Origin: Candidatus Bathyarchaeota archaeon
GTDB taxonomy: Archaea; Thermoproteota; Bathyarchaeia; Bathyarchaeales; Bathycorpusculaceae
Direction of reading: 5' to 3'
Assembly (NCBI GenBank): GCA_963717465.1
Contig: OY970340.1
Location: forward strand, 2,720,001 to 2,784,000
Length of the DNA: 64,000 bases
In this document: positions 10,298 to 21,270 of the stretch, piece by piece
How positions within the stretch are numbered: position 1 is the stretch's first letter
How the letters are laid out: the number at the start of each line of letters is the position of its first letter
The notes under the pieces: generated by a model
The model's database searches: none
What the model was told of the DNA's origin: nothing
What the model saw: the letters and a program-made list of their open reading frames with translations, nothing else
Made by a program: the position numbers and the translations under genes

Positions 10298-10798
10298 ATG
10301 TATTATTTCTTATTGGCGTTCTTGTTGGTTAATATAAGCAATATTCTATTGGCCTTTGACAGTTCCGAAAATTCTTACCACGCCATGGAGTTTGCACTGA
10401 CCTTAGCGGAGAAATTTGATGCGTCAGTAATGATCTTAAACGTTTTTCAGGTTCCAATGATGGTTACTCAGGCTTCTACAGATCCAATGTCAACATCAAA
10501 TGTTCTATCAAGTTCAGGCAGCGACGCGAAATTCATCGATGACCTAAAAGAAATCCATGAAGAAATGATAAATAGGGCAATCAACAAGGCTAAAAAAATT
10601 AAACCAAACGTTAAAGTTTCATCAGAACTAAAAGAAGGAGAACCAGCGCTTCAAATCGTTGAAACAGCAAAAGATGAAAACTTTGACGTCATCGTAATTG
10701 GACACAAAGGTGAAAGCAGGATGCGCGAGTTTCTTTTGGGCAGCAACAGCGAGAAAGTTGCACATATAGCCCAATGCCCAGTTATAATCGTAAAATAG
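10298..10798 (+). CDS. Universal stress protein (UspA family)
   Basis: NILLAFDSS, GEPA..I, DVIVIGHKG...LLGSNSEKVAHIAQCPVIIV; true start probably slightly downstream. Confidence 0.92.
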   Translation: MYYFLLAFLLVNISNILLAFDSSENSYHAMEFALTLAEKFDASVMILNVFQVPMMVTQASTDPMSTSNVLSSSGSDAKFIDDLKEIHEEMINRAINKAKKIKPNVKVSSELKEGEPALQIVETAKDENFDVIVIGHKGESRMREFLLGSNSEKVAHIAQCPVIIVK

Positions 10799-10910
10799 AA
10801 AACTCCTTTCCCGCGAATACTACTGACTAGGCAAGCGTTGAGCATTAACCTTTCTTTCGTTAAAGTATTAAATTGCTTTTCTGTATTCTATAAAATAAAG
10901 GGAAAGAAAG

Positions 10911-12275
10911 TTAGTCTTTTACGAGTTTTTCTTTTGCTTGTTCAATCAGTTTTATGGTCTGCGTACGCCAGGGTTCAAATTCTTTTGGTGAATCAGGGTA
11001 TGTTTTGTAGTGTGCTCCAAGTTGTCGCATCATAGTAACCGTCAATCTCAACTTCTTAAGGAAACTGACACGTTTAATGCCTCTGAACACTCGTCTAGCA
11101 GTTTCAGTAATGTTTAAATGGAAATCATCACCCATTCCAGCTTTAAGCACATCGTCCTCGGTTAATAGTTTCTCATTCATGCCATAGTTCAAGTCTTGAT
11201 CGCTGCACTGCAACAAAAATAGCCTGAAAACTTCTAAACTTGCTTGTTTTTTACCGTAAGTTTCAATGTATTTTTTGTTGTAACTCCATAGTGCATCTTT
11301 TGTTGGTTCGCCTTTGCCAAGAGCCTCGACAATTGTTTGCCCCGCAAAGTACCCGCTAAGCATCGAAGGTCCAATTCCGCCTCCATGAATAGGATTGACA
11401 AGTGAAGCTGCATCGCCCACCAGCATAACGCCGTTAGAAACCATGTTATCAAACGGTCTTCGTGTCGGGTCAAACCATGAACCTGAAGTCAAAATTAACG
11501 AACCATCAAAAAGTGGCTTAGCGAACGTGTTATTATAAAGCTGCTTTTTCGGGTTAGGATACTTGCCGCGCATACATACACCTATGCCCACGTTGACTCT
11601 TGCGCCGCCTTTAGGAAAAATCCAGACATAACCGCCCGGTGAGACTGCCTGATTTAAGTAGATTTCGCAGAACCGGGTGTTTTCAGTTTCTTGTTTAAGC
11701 TGTCGAATTTCGCGGTAGCATGCTTCAACATCCTCGTTTTCTATTTCGCGGTCTATGCCCATTTCTGGTGGAAGCTGGTGTCTCACAACGCCGAAGAAGC
11801 CGCTGGCGTCAACAACAACCTTGCTTTTCAACTGAAGATTCTGGCCTGTTCTCATGTTCTTTGCTGATACTCCTTTTACAGCGCCTTTCTCAATGATGGG
11901 TTCACGAAAATTCATGCTGTCCATAAGAACTGCACCTTTATCTGTTGCTTTTTTTAAGAGCCATTGACCGAACAAGCGCCTGTTTAAAAGGTACCCGACA
12001 AAATCCTTGTCAGCTATAGTAAAAATTGTCTCTTCATCTGGAGAGTAAATTTTGATTCCATCAATTCGGGCTTCCAATTCTCCCCCGCTGGGTTTTTCTA
12101 AACCCAAAAACTTTAGGTGGTGTTCTCCTAAAGCGTCGCCGCAGATTTTTTCGCCTATTTCTTCGGGTTTCTTTTTTTCAATTATGCATACTTTTAATCC
12201 TGCTTCGGCGATGGTTTTTGCCGTTAAGCAACCGGCAGTTCCTGCGCCAACAACTATGGCGTCGTAATTTTCCAT
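10911..12275 (-). CDS. Geranylgeranyl reductase family (digeranylgeranylglycerophospholipid reductase-like)
   Basis: YDAIVVGAGTAG, KICG, PGGYVWIFPKG, LVGDAA..VNPIHGGGI motifs. Confidence 0.9.
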   Translation of the reverse strand: MENYDAIVVGAGTAGCLTAKTIAEAGLKVCIIEKKKPEEIGEKICGDALGEHHLKFLGLEKPSGGELEARIDGIKIYSPDEETIFTIADKDFVGYLLNRRLFGQWLLKKATDKGAVLMDSMNFREPIIEKGAVKGVSAKNMRTGQNLQLKSKVVVDASGFFGVVRHQLPPEMGIDREIENEDVEACYREIRQLKQETENTRFCEIYLNQAVSPGGYVWIFPKGGARVNVGIGVCMRGKYPNPKKQLYNNTFAKPLFDGSLILTSGSWFDPTRRPFDNMVSNGVMLVGDAASLVNPIHGGGIGPSMLSGYFAGQTIVEALGKGEPTKDALWSYNKKYIETYGKKQASLEVFRLFLLQCSDQDLNYGMNEKLLTEDDVLKAGMGDDFHLNITETARRVFRGIKRVSFLKKLRLTVTMMRQLGAHYKTYPDSPKEFEPWRTQTIKLIEQAKEKLVKD

Positions 12276-12318
12276 TAAATTTGTCTCTCCGTAACTTGAT
12301 ATACTTTGTATACTTTGT

Positions 12319-12340
12319 TTTATAAGTAAACACTTATAAA
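12319..12340. promoter_or_regulatory. Perfect 9-4-9 inverted repeat / back-to-back TATA boxes between ggr and the HxlR regulator
   Basis: TTTATAAGT-AAAC-ACTTATAAA; adjacent ATACTTTGT x2 direct repeat at 12301-12318. Confidence 0.55.
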
Positions 12341-12377
12341 GTATTAAGTAAGCCAAAACACACCAAGTGTAACTAAA

Positions 12378-12806
12378 TTGACAAGCAAATTGATCTTAAG
12401 CGAGGAACTGCTTAAACTTATTCAAGCGCGCTTAGAACAAACGCTTAACGGCATAGAAGACACGTTAAATCGATTGCTAGAAAAAGAAGAAGTAACTCCA
12501 TATTTACTGAAAGAAAATCTTAAGAGTCTTGAAAGAAGCTTTAGTGTTCTTTTTCAAAAATGGAGCCTTGAAATACTTTACACTTTGTTCTTGAATAATT
12601 CAACAGGATTTAGCGAACTTAAGAAAGTTCTTAGTGTTAATTCACGAACTCTATCTGATAAGCTTAAGTTACTTCAAAAACACGGCTACATCAGCAGAAG
12701 CGTAAATTCCGGGCCGCCGTTACGCGTGGAATATGAATTAACAGCGAAAGGAAAAAACATCGTACTATTAGCGTTGCCGTTGCTTTATTATTCAAGCGCC
12801 GAATAA
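12378..12806 (+). CDS. HxlR-family winged-helix transcriptional regulator
   Basis: KWSLEILY..FSEL...VNSRTLSDKLK.L...PLRVEYELTAKG. Confidence 0.88.
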   Translation: MTSKLILSEELLKLIQARLEQTLNGIEDTLNRLLEKEEVTPYLLKENLKSLERSFSVLFQKWSLEILYTLFLNNSTGFSELKKVLSVNSRTLSDKLKLLQKHGYISRSVNSGPPLRVEYELTAKGKNIVLLALPLLYYSSAE

Positions 12807-12811
12807 GTCAT

Positions 12812-13301
12812 CTATTCTTTTTGGGCAGGATAGTTTTAGTTGTTTCTTTGATTGTTTCGAAAACCATGCATGTTAATGTTTTTTCCAGTCCTTTAATAAG
12901 TCTTAATTTGTCAACAACAAATTTACCTATAGAATCCACGCTTTCGGCACGAAGTTTTACAACAAATCCCAATCACCAGTAATAATGTGGACTTCTTGAA
13001 CTTCTGGGAAGCGAGCTATTTCTTCAGCCACGGTTCGTTGAGAAACTGGAGAATCGTCGTCTTTTGATCGGTATGAAACAGAAGCTAATATGAATGCGGC
13101 TGTTGCACATCTAAGTTTTTCAGGCGATAGAATAGCGCGGTATTCTCTGATTACGCCAAGTTCTTCCATCCTTTTGGTTTTTGCGAACACGGTTGTTATT
13201 GGAGCGTTGATTTTTTTGGCTATTTGGTTGGCTGTGAGTTTGCTGTTCTCCTGTATCAACATGAGTATTGCAAGGTCTTTCTCATCTAGTTTTAAGCTCA
13301 T
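12812..13301 (-). CDS. Lrp/AsnC family transcriptional regulator (one indel near 12960)
   Basis: LDEKDLAIL..HTH..ITGDWDLL continues in shifted frame as VKLRAESVDSIGKFVVDKLR...TKTILPKKE*. Confidence 0.9.
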
Positions 13302-13302
13302 A

Positions 13303-13315
13303 TGTAAATATTACA
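13303..13315. promoter_or_regulatory. Candidate Lrp/FFRP operator (5-3-5 palindrome)
   Basis: TGTAA-ATA-TTACA immediately upstream of the lrp start; half-sites at 13345 and 13406. Confidence 0.45.
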
Positions 13316-13430
13316 ATTTACTACCTATAAAAACATACATTATTTGTAAATTATCTATTTTTTGTTATAAAAAATTTATTATCTACTTTGCCAATCATAA
13401 GCGCATTACAATTTAAACAAGTGAAACACG

Positions 13431-14418
13431 ATGAAAGCTAAATCAACAACCAAACAAGAAACTATACAAATCGAGATACCGAAACCGCTGGATCAACTTT
13501 CAGAGGCGGAAATCAAAAGAAAAATCTGTATCGGAAAAATAATGACTTGCACCCTGCAAAATCTGACTTCAACTTTTGTTGACAACGACTTCCAATGGCT
13601 ACTCCCAGTTGCATTATCACAGTGCACCGATCCATTGTGGCCAGACCCTGGAGCGTCAATTGAGAAGCGAATTGAAGTAGATATTTACGGAAAACCAGTC
13701 CGCACCACAGCCAGCATGATTATCCACAAACTGATAGCCTCATCCTTAGCTTACTCTAAACTTTTCATTCTTTCACCCAACATTCGCATTGAAAAAGCAG
13801 AACGCGCCAAAACTGGCAAGCACATTTACGAGTTTACACAACTTGATTTTGAAGCAAGAGACGCTACCTCAAAAGAAGTTATGACACTTGTTGAAAACGC
13901 AATTTGCAGCCTAGTCAAAGATGTAAAACGCGACATGAAAGACGAATTAACTACACTTTGTCAAGACAGTAACCTGAAATCTCTAAAGGCACCCTTCAAA
14001 ACCTTTGATCGCGTAGACCTTGAAGCAAAATACGGTTCAGAATGGGAAGCAGGAATAATCAATGATTTCAAAGAACCAATATGGGTGACAAACATTCCTC
14101 GAGAATTCTACGATTTCGAAGACTTCCAAAACAGGAAAATGGGACAACTATGACCTGTTTCTGCCAAAATTCGGAGAAGTCCTCTCAGGCGCCAAACGAG
14201 AATGGGAATACAATAAAATCCTAAAGAAAATAGAACGCGACCAAGTAAAGAAAGAAAACTATGCATTGATGCTAAAATTGGCAAAAGAAGGAAGACTAAA
14301 ACCAAGTGCAGGCGGCGGCATAGGCATAGAACGTTTAGTAGGCTGGATTGCAGGTGTAAAACACATTGCTGAAACTCAACCATTCCCAAGAGTCCCTGGA
14401 ACAGTACATGAACTCTAA
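13431..14418 (+). CDS. asnA: Archaeal asparagine synthetase A (AsnRS-like, lacking anticodon domain); indel near 14135
   Basis: TDPLWPDP, SMIIHK, SPNIRIE, EFTQLDFE, PREFYD; shifted frame gives NYDLFLP..GEVLSG.KREWEY...GGGIGIERLV...PFPRVPG. Confidence 0.85.
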
Positions 14419-14517
14419 AAAACAAAGCCAATTAGCTAAAAAAGGAACCTAAATCTTTATCTTTTCAACATCCAAAGAAAAGGGAACTAATTTAAAATAA
14501 ACTAGGAAGCAAAAGTG

Positions 14518-16407
14518 ATGAACCCATACCTTGAAGCTCTACAGCCGAAGCTTAGCCCAACTGACTTAGCAAAACTAAGTGCGATAGATAATCCAAACGT
14601 TCATGAATTTATAGCGAAAATGAGTGACCTTTGCCATGCCGAAAAAATCTTTGTCTGCAGCGATTCAGCAGAGGACATTGCCTACGTAAGAAAACAGGCA
14701 GTAGCCTCGGGAGAAGAACAAGCAATTTTAACGTTGCCTGGTCACACGGTTCACTTTGACGGTGAACAGGATCAGGGACGAGATAGGCAAGCAACTAAAT
14801 ATTTAGTTCCCAAAGGAATTTCTCTTAGCAAAGCTCTCAACCAGATAGACCGTCAAGAAGGATTAGCGGAAGTTCGAGGTTTACTCAGAGATTCCATGAA
14901 AAACCGAACGATGATTGTTCGCTTCATCTCCTTGGGGCCAAGAAACTCGGTATTTACGATTTTAGGGTTGCAATGCACTGATTCATGGTATGTTGCACAC
15001 TCTGAGGACCTTTTTATCGTTCAGGTTATGAAGAATTCATTAAAGCTGGACCAAAAAGTGACTTTTTGACGAGTTTTGCATTCAGCAGGCAAACTAACTG
15101 AAGAAATGGTTAGTGCAGAATACGACAAAAAACGCATATACATAGACAACATGGATAACACAATCTACAGCGTAAACACACAGTATGCTGGAAACTCTGT
15201 TGGATTCAAAAAACTTGCTTTCCGCTTAGCCATACGCAAAGCTAGTAGCGAAGGATGGCTAGCTGAACACATGCTACTAATGGGTGTACATGGACCAGGA
15301 GGACGAAAAACTTATTTTGCCGGTGCCTTCCCAAGCGCTTGCGGAAAAACATCTACAGCCATGCTTCCAGGTGAGACAATTCTTGGAGACGACATTGCAT
15401 ACATTAGAGACATTAACTCGGTTGCTAGGGCAGTTAACGTGGAAGCAGGTATATTCGGCATAATTCAAGATGTTAACCCAAGAGACGATGTCTTAATCTA
15501 CAAGGTTCTAACGCAGCCAGGTGAAATCATCTTTTCCAATGTATTAGTCAAAGATGGCAAACCCTACTGGCTAGGCATGGGTCAAGGAACTGCCAAAAGA
15601 TGGCTTGAACTATTCAGGAGCATGGTTTGAAGGAAAGAAAGACGAAAAGGGAGATGATATTCCAGCCGCCAACAAAAACGCTCGATATGCCGTAGCACTT
15701 AAAGCGCTGGAGAACTGTGACCCAGAGTTGGACAATCCTTTAGGCGTTGAGGTAGGCGGCATAATGTACGGTGGGCGAGATACTAAAGCTTACGTGCCTG
15801 TTCAGCAAAGCTTCAGTTGGGAGCACGGCATCATAGCTTATGGAGCATCGTTAGAAACAGAAACAACTTTTGCAACAATCGGGGCAGAGGGCATACCTGA
15901 AATAAACATGATGAGCATTCAAGACTTCATTTCAATTCCGTTGGGAAAAAACGTACATAACAACTTGAATTTCGGAGTGGAGACTAAAGGAGAAAGCACC
16001 AGTAGTCTTTGGAGTTAACTATTTCCTAAAAGACAAGGATAACGGCAAATACCTCAACTCACCGCAGGATAAGCATGTTTGGTTAAAATGGATGGAGCTG
16101 CGTGTTCACAAAGAAGTTGAAGCAGTTAGCTGCTCCTACAGGATTCATTCCCAAATATGAGGATTTACGCGTACTGTTTAAGCAAGTATTAGACAAAGAT
16201 TACCTTAAAGAAGACTACATAAAACAATTTACCATTAGAGTTCCTGAAAACTTGGCAAAGATCGAGCGTGTTCAACGATTTTACCAAGAGAACGTTACTG
16301 ACACACCACTCGAACTTTTTGGTGTTCTTTACCTGCAACGGGCACGCCTACTTGAAGCTAAAACTAAATACGGCGACTATATTTCACCTGAAAAATTTGA
16401 AAAATAG
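14518..16407 (+). CDS. pckG: Phosphoenolpyruvate carboxykinase (GTP), several indels
   Basis: TDSWYV, YAGNSVG.KK, WLAEHM, AFPSACGKT, GDDIAY, N.EAGIFG, NARY, YGGRD across four consecutive ORFs. Confidence 0.92.
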
Positions 16408-16545
16408 AAATGAATTGCAAAAAACATTCAATTCCACCCTAATTTGGGTGAAATTTAAATGCTTGCAATACTGATTAAGAATTCATAATCATTAATAAAT
16501 AATTCCACTGCTATGAAAATAAAAAATCAAAAGGTGAAAAACCAA

Positions 16546-16786
16546 ATGATGAAAAAACAGACTAAAGCAAGAATTATTCGAGATAGACTTAACTCAGATT
16601 GAAGGTGACGGCGCTTTCCCATGTCCAAAATGCGGTATGCTAATATCACCTGAAGATGAGACAGAAGAAAACTACAAAATCATAGATACTAAAGTAGTCA
16701 ACGATGAACTGGTCGAACTGGTCGTTTGCTGTGGAAAATGCGGAAGCACCATTAGATTGACTGGTTTTCAGCAATCTGCAGGCTAG
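16546..16786 (+). CDS. Small Zn-ribbon protein (CPKC...CGKC), indel near start (not in ORF track)
   Basis: ELFEIDLTQIEGDGAFPCPKCGMLISPEDETEENY...CCGKCGSTIRLTGF; AGGTGA SD before ATG 16546. Confidence 0.7.
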
Positions 16787-16805
16787 TTTAGTAAACATTT
16801 TTTAT

Positions 16806-17018
16806 TTAGCTTATTTTTCGAGTTATTCCAATGAAGAATAACCACACGATTATGCCATAGAAAAGTCCATTGAATACAGCGCTGAAGATGTCTATGTAAT
16901 TTTGAAGTCCTCTGTTTATCATTAGGCATAGCCAGTTTCCAGGAAATAATGGTGCTGGAATCAGTATGGAGATTAGGGCGAACATTGAAAAGAACAAGAG
17001 CAGTATTTTCCCTTTCAT
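16806..17018 (-). CDS. Small two-TM membrane protein
   Basis: Hydrophobic 70-aa ORF with IPAPLFPGN loop; GGGGG SD-like sequence upstream. Confidence 0.6.
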   Translation of the reverse strand: MKGKILLLFFSMFALISILIPAPLFPGNWLCLMINRGLQNYIDIFSAVFNGLFYGIIVWLFFIGITRKIS

Positions 17019-17181
17019 GTATGCTTCAACCCCCCAAGACGTCTATTCTTTATTAATACATAATAAACCTTATTGTTTACATGTAGAACAAAAATACAGA
17101 ACCGAACACTTCAGATAAACTTGTAATCAACTTAAGCAAACACTTAATTGATCCATCAGCCATATTCGCATCTTGATGCAC

Positions 17182-17784
17182 ATGATCATTGAGACCTTTA
17201 TTGTTGGCATGCTATCAACAAACTGCTATGTCGTTAGCTGTGAGCAAACAAAGGAAGCAATCATAATCGACCCTGGATTTGAAACGCCATCAGAAGCAAA
17301 ACCTATCAACAATTATATCGACCAAAACAGGCTAACAATAAAATTTATCGTTAACACACATGGACATTCAGACCACGTTAGTGGAAACATCTTGGTTAAG
17401 AAAAGATACAAGGTTCCCATCTGCATTAACGAGCATGATATCGGTTTAATCGTAGATCAAGAAGAAATGCTTCCGAAAAATATTCCTCTGCAAGATGGAA
17501 GCTGCGTTAATTTTGGGCGAGTTTCGTTAAAAGTTATGCATACTCCAGGGCATACGCCTGGTAGTATTTGTTTGATCGGCGAAAATTGTATTTTTAGCGG
17601 GGACACATTATTTGCAGGTGGTATTGGGAGAACTGATTTTGCCGGTGGGTCAATGCGTGACATGACTGCATCTTTGAAGAAACTAATATGCTTGGCAGAT
17701 AGTCTTCTCGTTTATCCTGGCCATGGAGTTTCTTCCACTTTAGGCGAGGAGAAGCGAGATAACATTTTCTTGAATGATTTGTAA
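17182..17784 (+). CDS. MBL-fold metallo-hydrolase (glyoxalase II/YcbL-like)
   Basis: TNCY, THGHSDH, TPGHTPGS, SGDTLF, PGHG. Confidence 0.92.
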   Translation: MIIETFIVGMLSTNCYVVSCEQTKEAIIIDPGFETPSEAKPINNYIDQNRLTIKFIVNTHGHSDHVSGNILVKKRYKVPICINEHDIGLIVDQEEMLPKNIPLQDGSCVNFGRVSLKVMHTPGHTPGSICLIGENCIFSGDTLFAGGIGRTDFAGGSMRDMTASLKKLICLADSLLVYPGHGVSSTLGEEKRDNIFLNDL

Positions 17785-17920
17785 ACCTTATTTTTTCTTA
17801 TTAGTCTTAACTATGTATTATCGATTTGTATTGGTGTTCTACTTGTAATCATTTCGTGTAGTAAGACATAATACTTAATAAAGCTCAAGGTGCCAAAAGC
17901 TTAATGGAGAACAAAAGAGA

Positions 17921-19574
17921 ATGCCAAAGCTACGGCTAAGATCACGGCTAAAAGAGGTCCTCTCAAAAGTTAAAGTAATTAAAAAAATAAAAATAAACTT
18001 CAAAAGCAAAAAAAAGGAGCAACGAGTTTCCAGCTGGAGCACCCACACCAAAGATAGTTCCTAAAGGACTTAAATTAGTCGAGAAATATCCATTATACGA
18101 ACCCTTTTCGCACGTAGCAATAGTACAAAACCCTAAAACAGGAGAGTTCAAATACGTTCTAGATGAACTCCAACTTGACCAATTAGAAAGAGGCGTTTAC
18201 AATCGAGTTTTAGAAATATTAATCGCTGAAATACAGTCCCCAAAAGAAGAAATAGTTGACCCAAGAAAATTTTTCGCTGAAGAAGCAAAAAAGATAGTAG
18301 ATAAATACCGAATCAGTTTAGGATGGCTTCCAGACGTTTCTTGGTACAAAATTCTATACCATGCTGAACGAGATCTCGTTGGATTTGGCAAAATCGACCC
18401 TTTAATGAGAGACCCAAACATAGAAGATATCTCATGCGATGGAGTAGACAAGGCAGTTTATATTTGGCACAGAAATTTTGAAAGCATAGAAACTAACATC
18501 CAGTTCGAAGATGATGAAACTCTTGATAACATGGTTGTTAAACTCGTCCACATGGCTGGAAAACACGTTAGTTCAGCCTTTCCAATAGTTGATGCGTCAC
18601 TGCCAGGAAAACACAGACTTGCAGTTTGCTATAGGCGAGAAATTACACCTTTTGGGACTGCTTTCACCATCAGAAAATTCAGAGAAGACCCATATTCAGT
18701 AATAGACTTAATCAACATTGGAACCTTTTCAGAGGAAATGGCAGCTTACTTCTGGGTTTGCCTAGAAAACAGGGCTTCAATTATGGTTCTTGGTGGAACT
18801 GCTGCAGGCAAAACCACCGCGTTAAACACTTTGGCTTGCCTGATTAAACCTGGAAGCAAAATTATAACAATTGAAGAAACTGCCGAATTGAATCTGCCTC
18901 ATGAAAACTGGGTATCACTTATTTCTAGGCAAAGCTACGGCTTAGGCGGAAGCACCATTGGTGAAGTATCACTCTTTGACTTAGTAAAAACTTCGATGAG
19001 ACACCGTCCAGATATGATGATTGTGGGCGAAATCAGAGGCCAAGAAGCTTACGTGCTATTCCAAGCATTGGCAACTGGACACGGAGGCATGGCTACGATG
19101 CACGCTGAGAACTTGGATTCAGCTGTAAAACGGTTAACTCAAAAACCGATGGATATCTCACCTGCTTACATTCCATTAATGAATATAGTTTTGTCAGTAC
19201 AAAGAGTTCACTTAATTAAAAATGGTGATAAAAAAGCTTTCAGAAGAGTACTTAACGTAAACGAAATAGTCGATTACGAAAACTACAGAACAATATCTGA
19301 GTGGAACCCTATAGAAGACACTCATAAAATCAATTTTGAGAACAGTAACTTACTTGGTCTTTTGGCTGAGCGACGAGGCTTAAGCAAGAAGGACATGATT
19401 GAGGAAATAGGTAGACGCAAAGAAGTCTTACATTGGATGAGGGAAAGAAACATCCGAAGCTACAAGGATGTTGCCGCCATAATTGCTGAGTATAGTTCTA
19501 AACCTAAACAAATTTATGAAAAAATACTCGCAGGAGAAGAGGTAAAAGCAGTTGACAATGCTAAAGAAGATTGA
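17921..19574 (+). CDS. Type II/IV secretion (archaeal pilus) assembly ATPase; indel in A-run near 18010
   Basis: DPNIEDISCDG, FTIRKF, Walker A GGTAAGKTT, RHRPD..IVGEIRG, TGHGG.ATMHA; N-terminal domain upstream in shifted frame. Confidence 0.9.
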
Positions 19575-21252
19575 AGGATGGTCTTTCCGCCTCTTCGGTG
19601 GGTTAGCGCCTTACTTTTTGAAGCACATCCGTCAATTAAAAGGCACGCTTGATAGGGCGCTTATAAGAATTTATCCTGAAGCCTATGTTTCATTGATGTT
19701 CTTCATAGCCGCGGTAACGATTCCTGTGTCGGCAATTTCATTATTTGTAACGATCCACTTTGGTTTCCTTCCTGCATTGATTATGGCGCCTTTTCCTCTC
19801 TATGTTATGGCTGTCTTCATGCTTGCACCCATGTCGAAAGCCAGCGATCGGGCTACAGGTGTAGAGAGAGAAATACCTTTTGCGGCCGCATACATCAGCG
19901 TCATGGCTTCAGGCGGAATTGCCCCTTACAATAGTTTCAAACGGTTATCAGAAATCAATTTAATGCCATCAATGAGAATAGAAGCCCGAGAGATTACTAA
20001 AGACGTAGAGATTTTTGGCACCGACCCATTGACTGCTATCGAAGTCGCAGCCAAAAAGAATCCAAACGACATCTTCAGAGATTTTCTGTCAGGCTACGCA
20101 TCCACAGTAATTATTGGAGGAGACATAGGCCATTTCCTTGAACGCAAAGCAGAAGAAATCTTTAGAGCAAGAGCACTGAGGGTCAAAGCTGCCGCGGAAC
20201 GTTTAGGAATGCTTCTTGAAACCTTCGTTATAGTCATGGTCATGATGTCCCTGTGTTTCTATATCATGTTCAGCGTTCAATCAATTTACAGCACTGGTGC
20301 AACAGGAACATACTCCACCATGATCATGTATACTTACGTGTTTATGCCTATGCTATCAGTGCTGTTCATTTATTTAGCGCATAGTATGCAACCGAAATCG
20401 CCCTCAACTGATATGCGACCATACAAAGTTTTTGGAGTTTGCAGCATTATTGCAATAGTAGTGTTCTTGCTACTGACGAACTTTATGGGAATAATAAGTG
20501 TTCCATTCCTTGCCGCCTTGAGCTCCGTGATTGATCTGCCAATTGCAATAACCGTAGCTTTGGTTGTTGCTACCGCTCCTGCAGCAATATTGCATATGAA
20601 GTACTCGAAGCAGCAAAGTGGTATAGAGTCAGGAATAAACAATTTCCTAAGAGACTTAACGGAAGTTAGGAAAACTGGTTTATCGCCCGAAAAATGCATT
20701 GAAAGCTTAGCCAAAAGAGACTATGGAGTGTTTAGTAAGGAACTGCGGAAGATAAGCGCTGAAATTTCATGGGGCATACCCCTTAAAAAAGTAATAATGC
20801 AGTTCATTTCGCGAACAAGAAGCTGGATGACTCAACTCGTCATGTTTCTACTTGTCGAAACTATAGATGTGGGTGGAGGAACCATTGGAATGATTGAGTC
20901 GTTAGCTCGATTTAACAATCTAACCCAAGAAGTTGAAAAAGAGAAGAAAATGTCAACACGCCCATACGTAATGATGCCATATCTCTCAGCAATACTGCTA
21001 GTTGGTACTACAACTATGATGATGGCCATGTCTTCAGGAGCCATTACAGGGATAACAAGTGCATCGTCAAAAGACCTTGGTCAGATGAGCCTGATTTTCA
21101 ACACGTCTGTAATCTTTCAAAGCTACCTCATAGGCATAGTGGCTGGAAAAATCAGTGAAGAATCAGTTGCAGCGGGATTTAAGCATGCCTCGATACTCGT
21201 AATAATTGCTCTGGTAGCTTCAAAACTAGTTCCGTTGTTCATACATGTTTAA
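19558..21252 (+). CDS. Type II secretion system F / TadC-ArlJ-like platform protein
   Basis: Two T2SF cytoplasmic domains (EREIPFAAAYISVMASGG; NNFLRDLTEVRKTG) and multiple TMs; overlaps the ATPase stop. Confidence 0.9.
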   Translation: MLKKIEGWSFRLFGGLAPYFLKHIRQLKGTLDRALIRIYPEAYVSLMFFIAAVTIPVSAISLFVTIHFGFLPALIMAPFPLYVMAVFMLAPMSKASDRATGVEREIPFAAAYISVMASGGIAPYNSFKRLSEINLMPSMRIEAREITKDVEIFGTDPLTAIEVAAKKNPNDIFRDFLSGYASTVIIGGDIGHFLERKAEEIFRARALRVKAAAERLGMLLETFVIVMVMMSLCFYIMFSVQSIYSTGATGTYSTMIMYTYVFMPMLSVLFIYLAHSMQPKSPSTDMRPYKVFGVCSIIAIVVFLLLTNFMGIISVPFLAALSSVIDLPIAITVALVVATAPAAILHMKYSKQQSGIESGINNFLRDLTEVRKTGLSPEKCIESLAKRDYGVFSKELRKISAEISWGIPLKKVIMQFISRTRSWMTQLVMFLLVETIDVGGGTIGMIESLARFNNLTQEVEKEKKMSTRPYVMMPYLSAILLVGTTTMMMAMSSGAITGITSASSKDLGQMSLIFNTSVIFQSYLIGIVAGKISEESVAAGFKHASILVIIALVASKLVPLFIHV

Positions 21253-21270
21253 AGGAGAGATAGAAAAAAA

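Noticed and set aside
9868..10337. Short plus-strand ORFs between DUF362 and uspA
   Set aside because: No motifs or SD; a better-supported small ORF lies on the minus strand.
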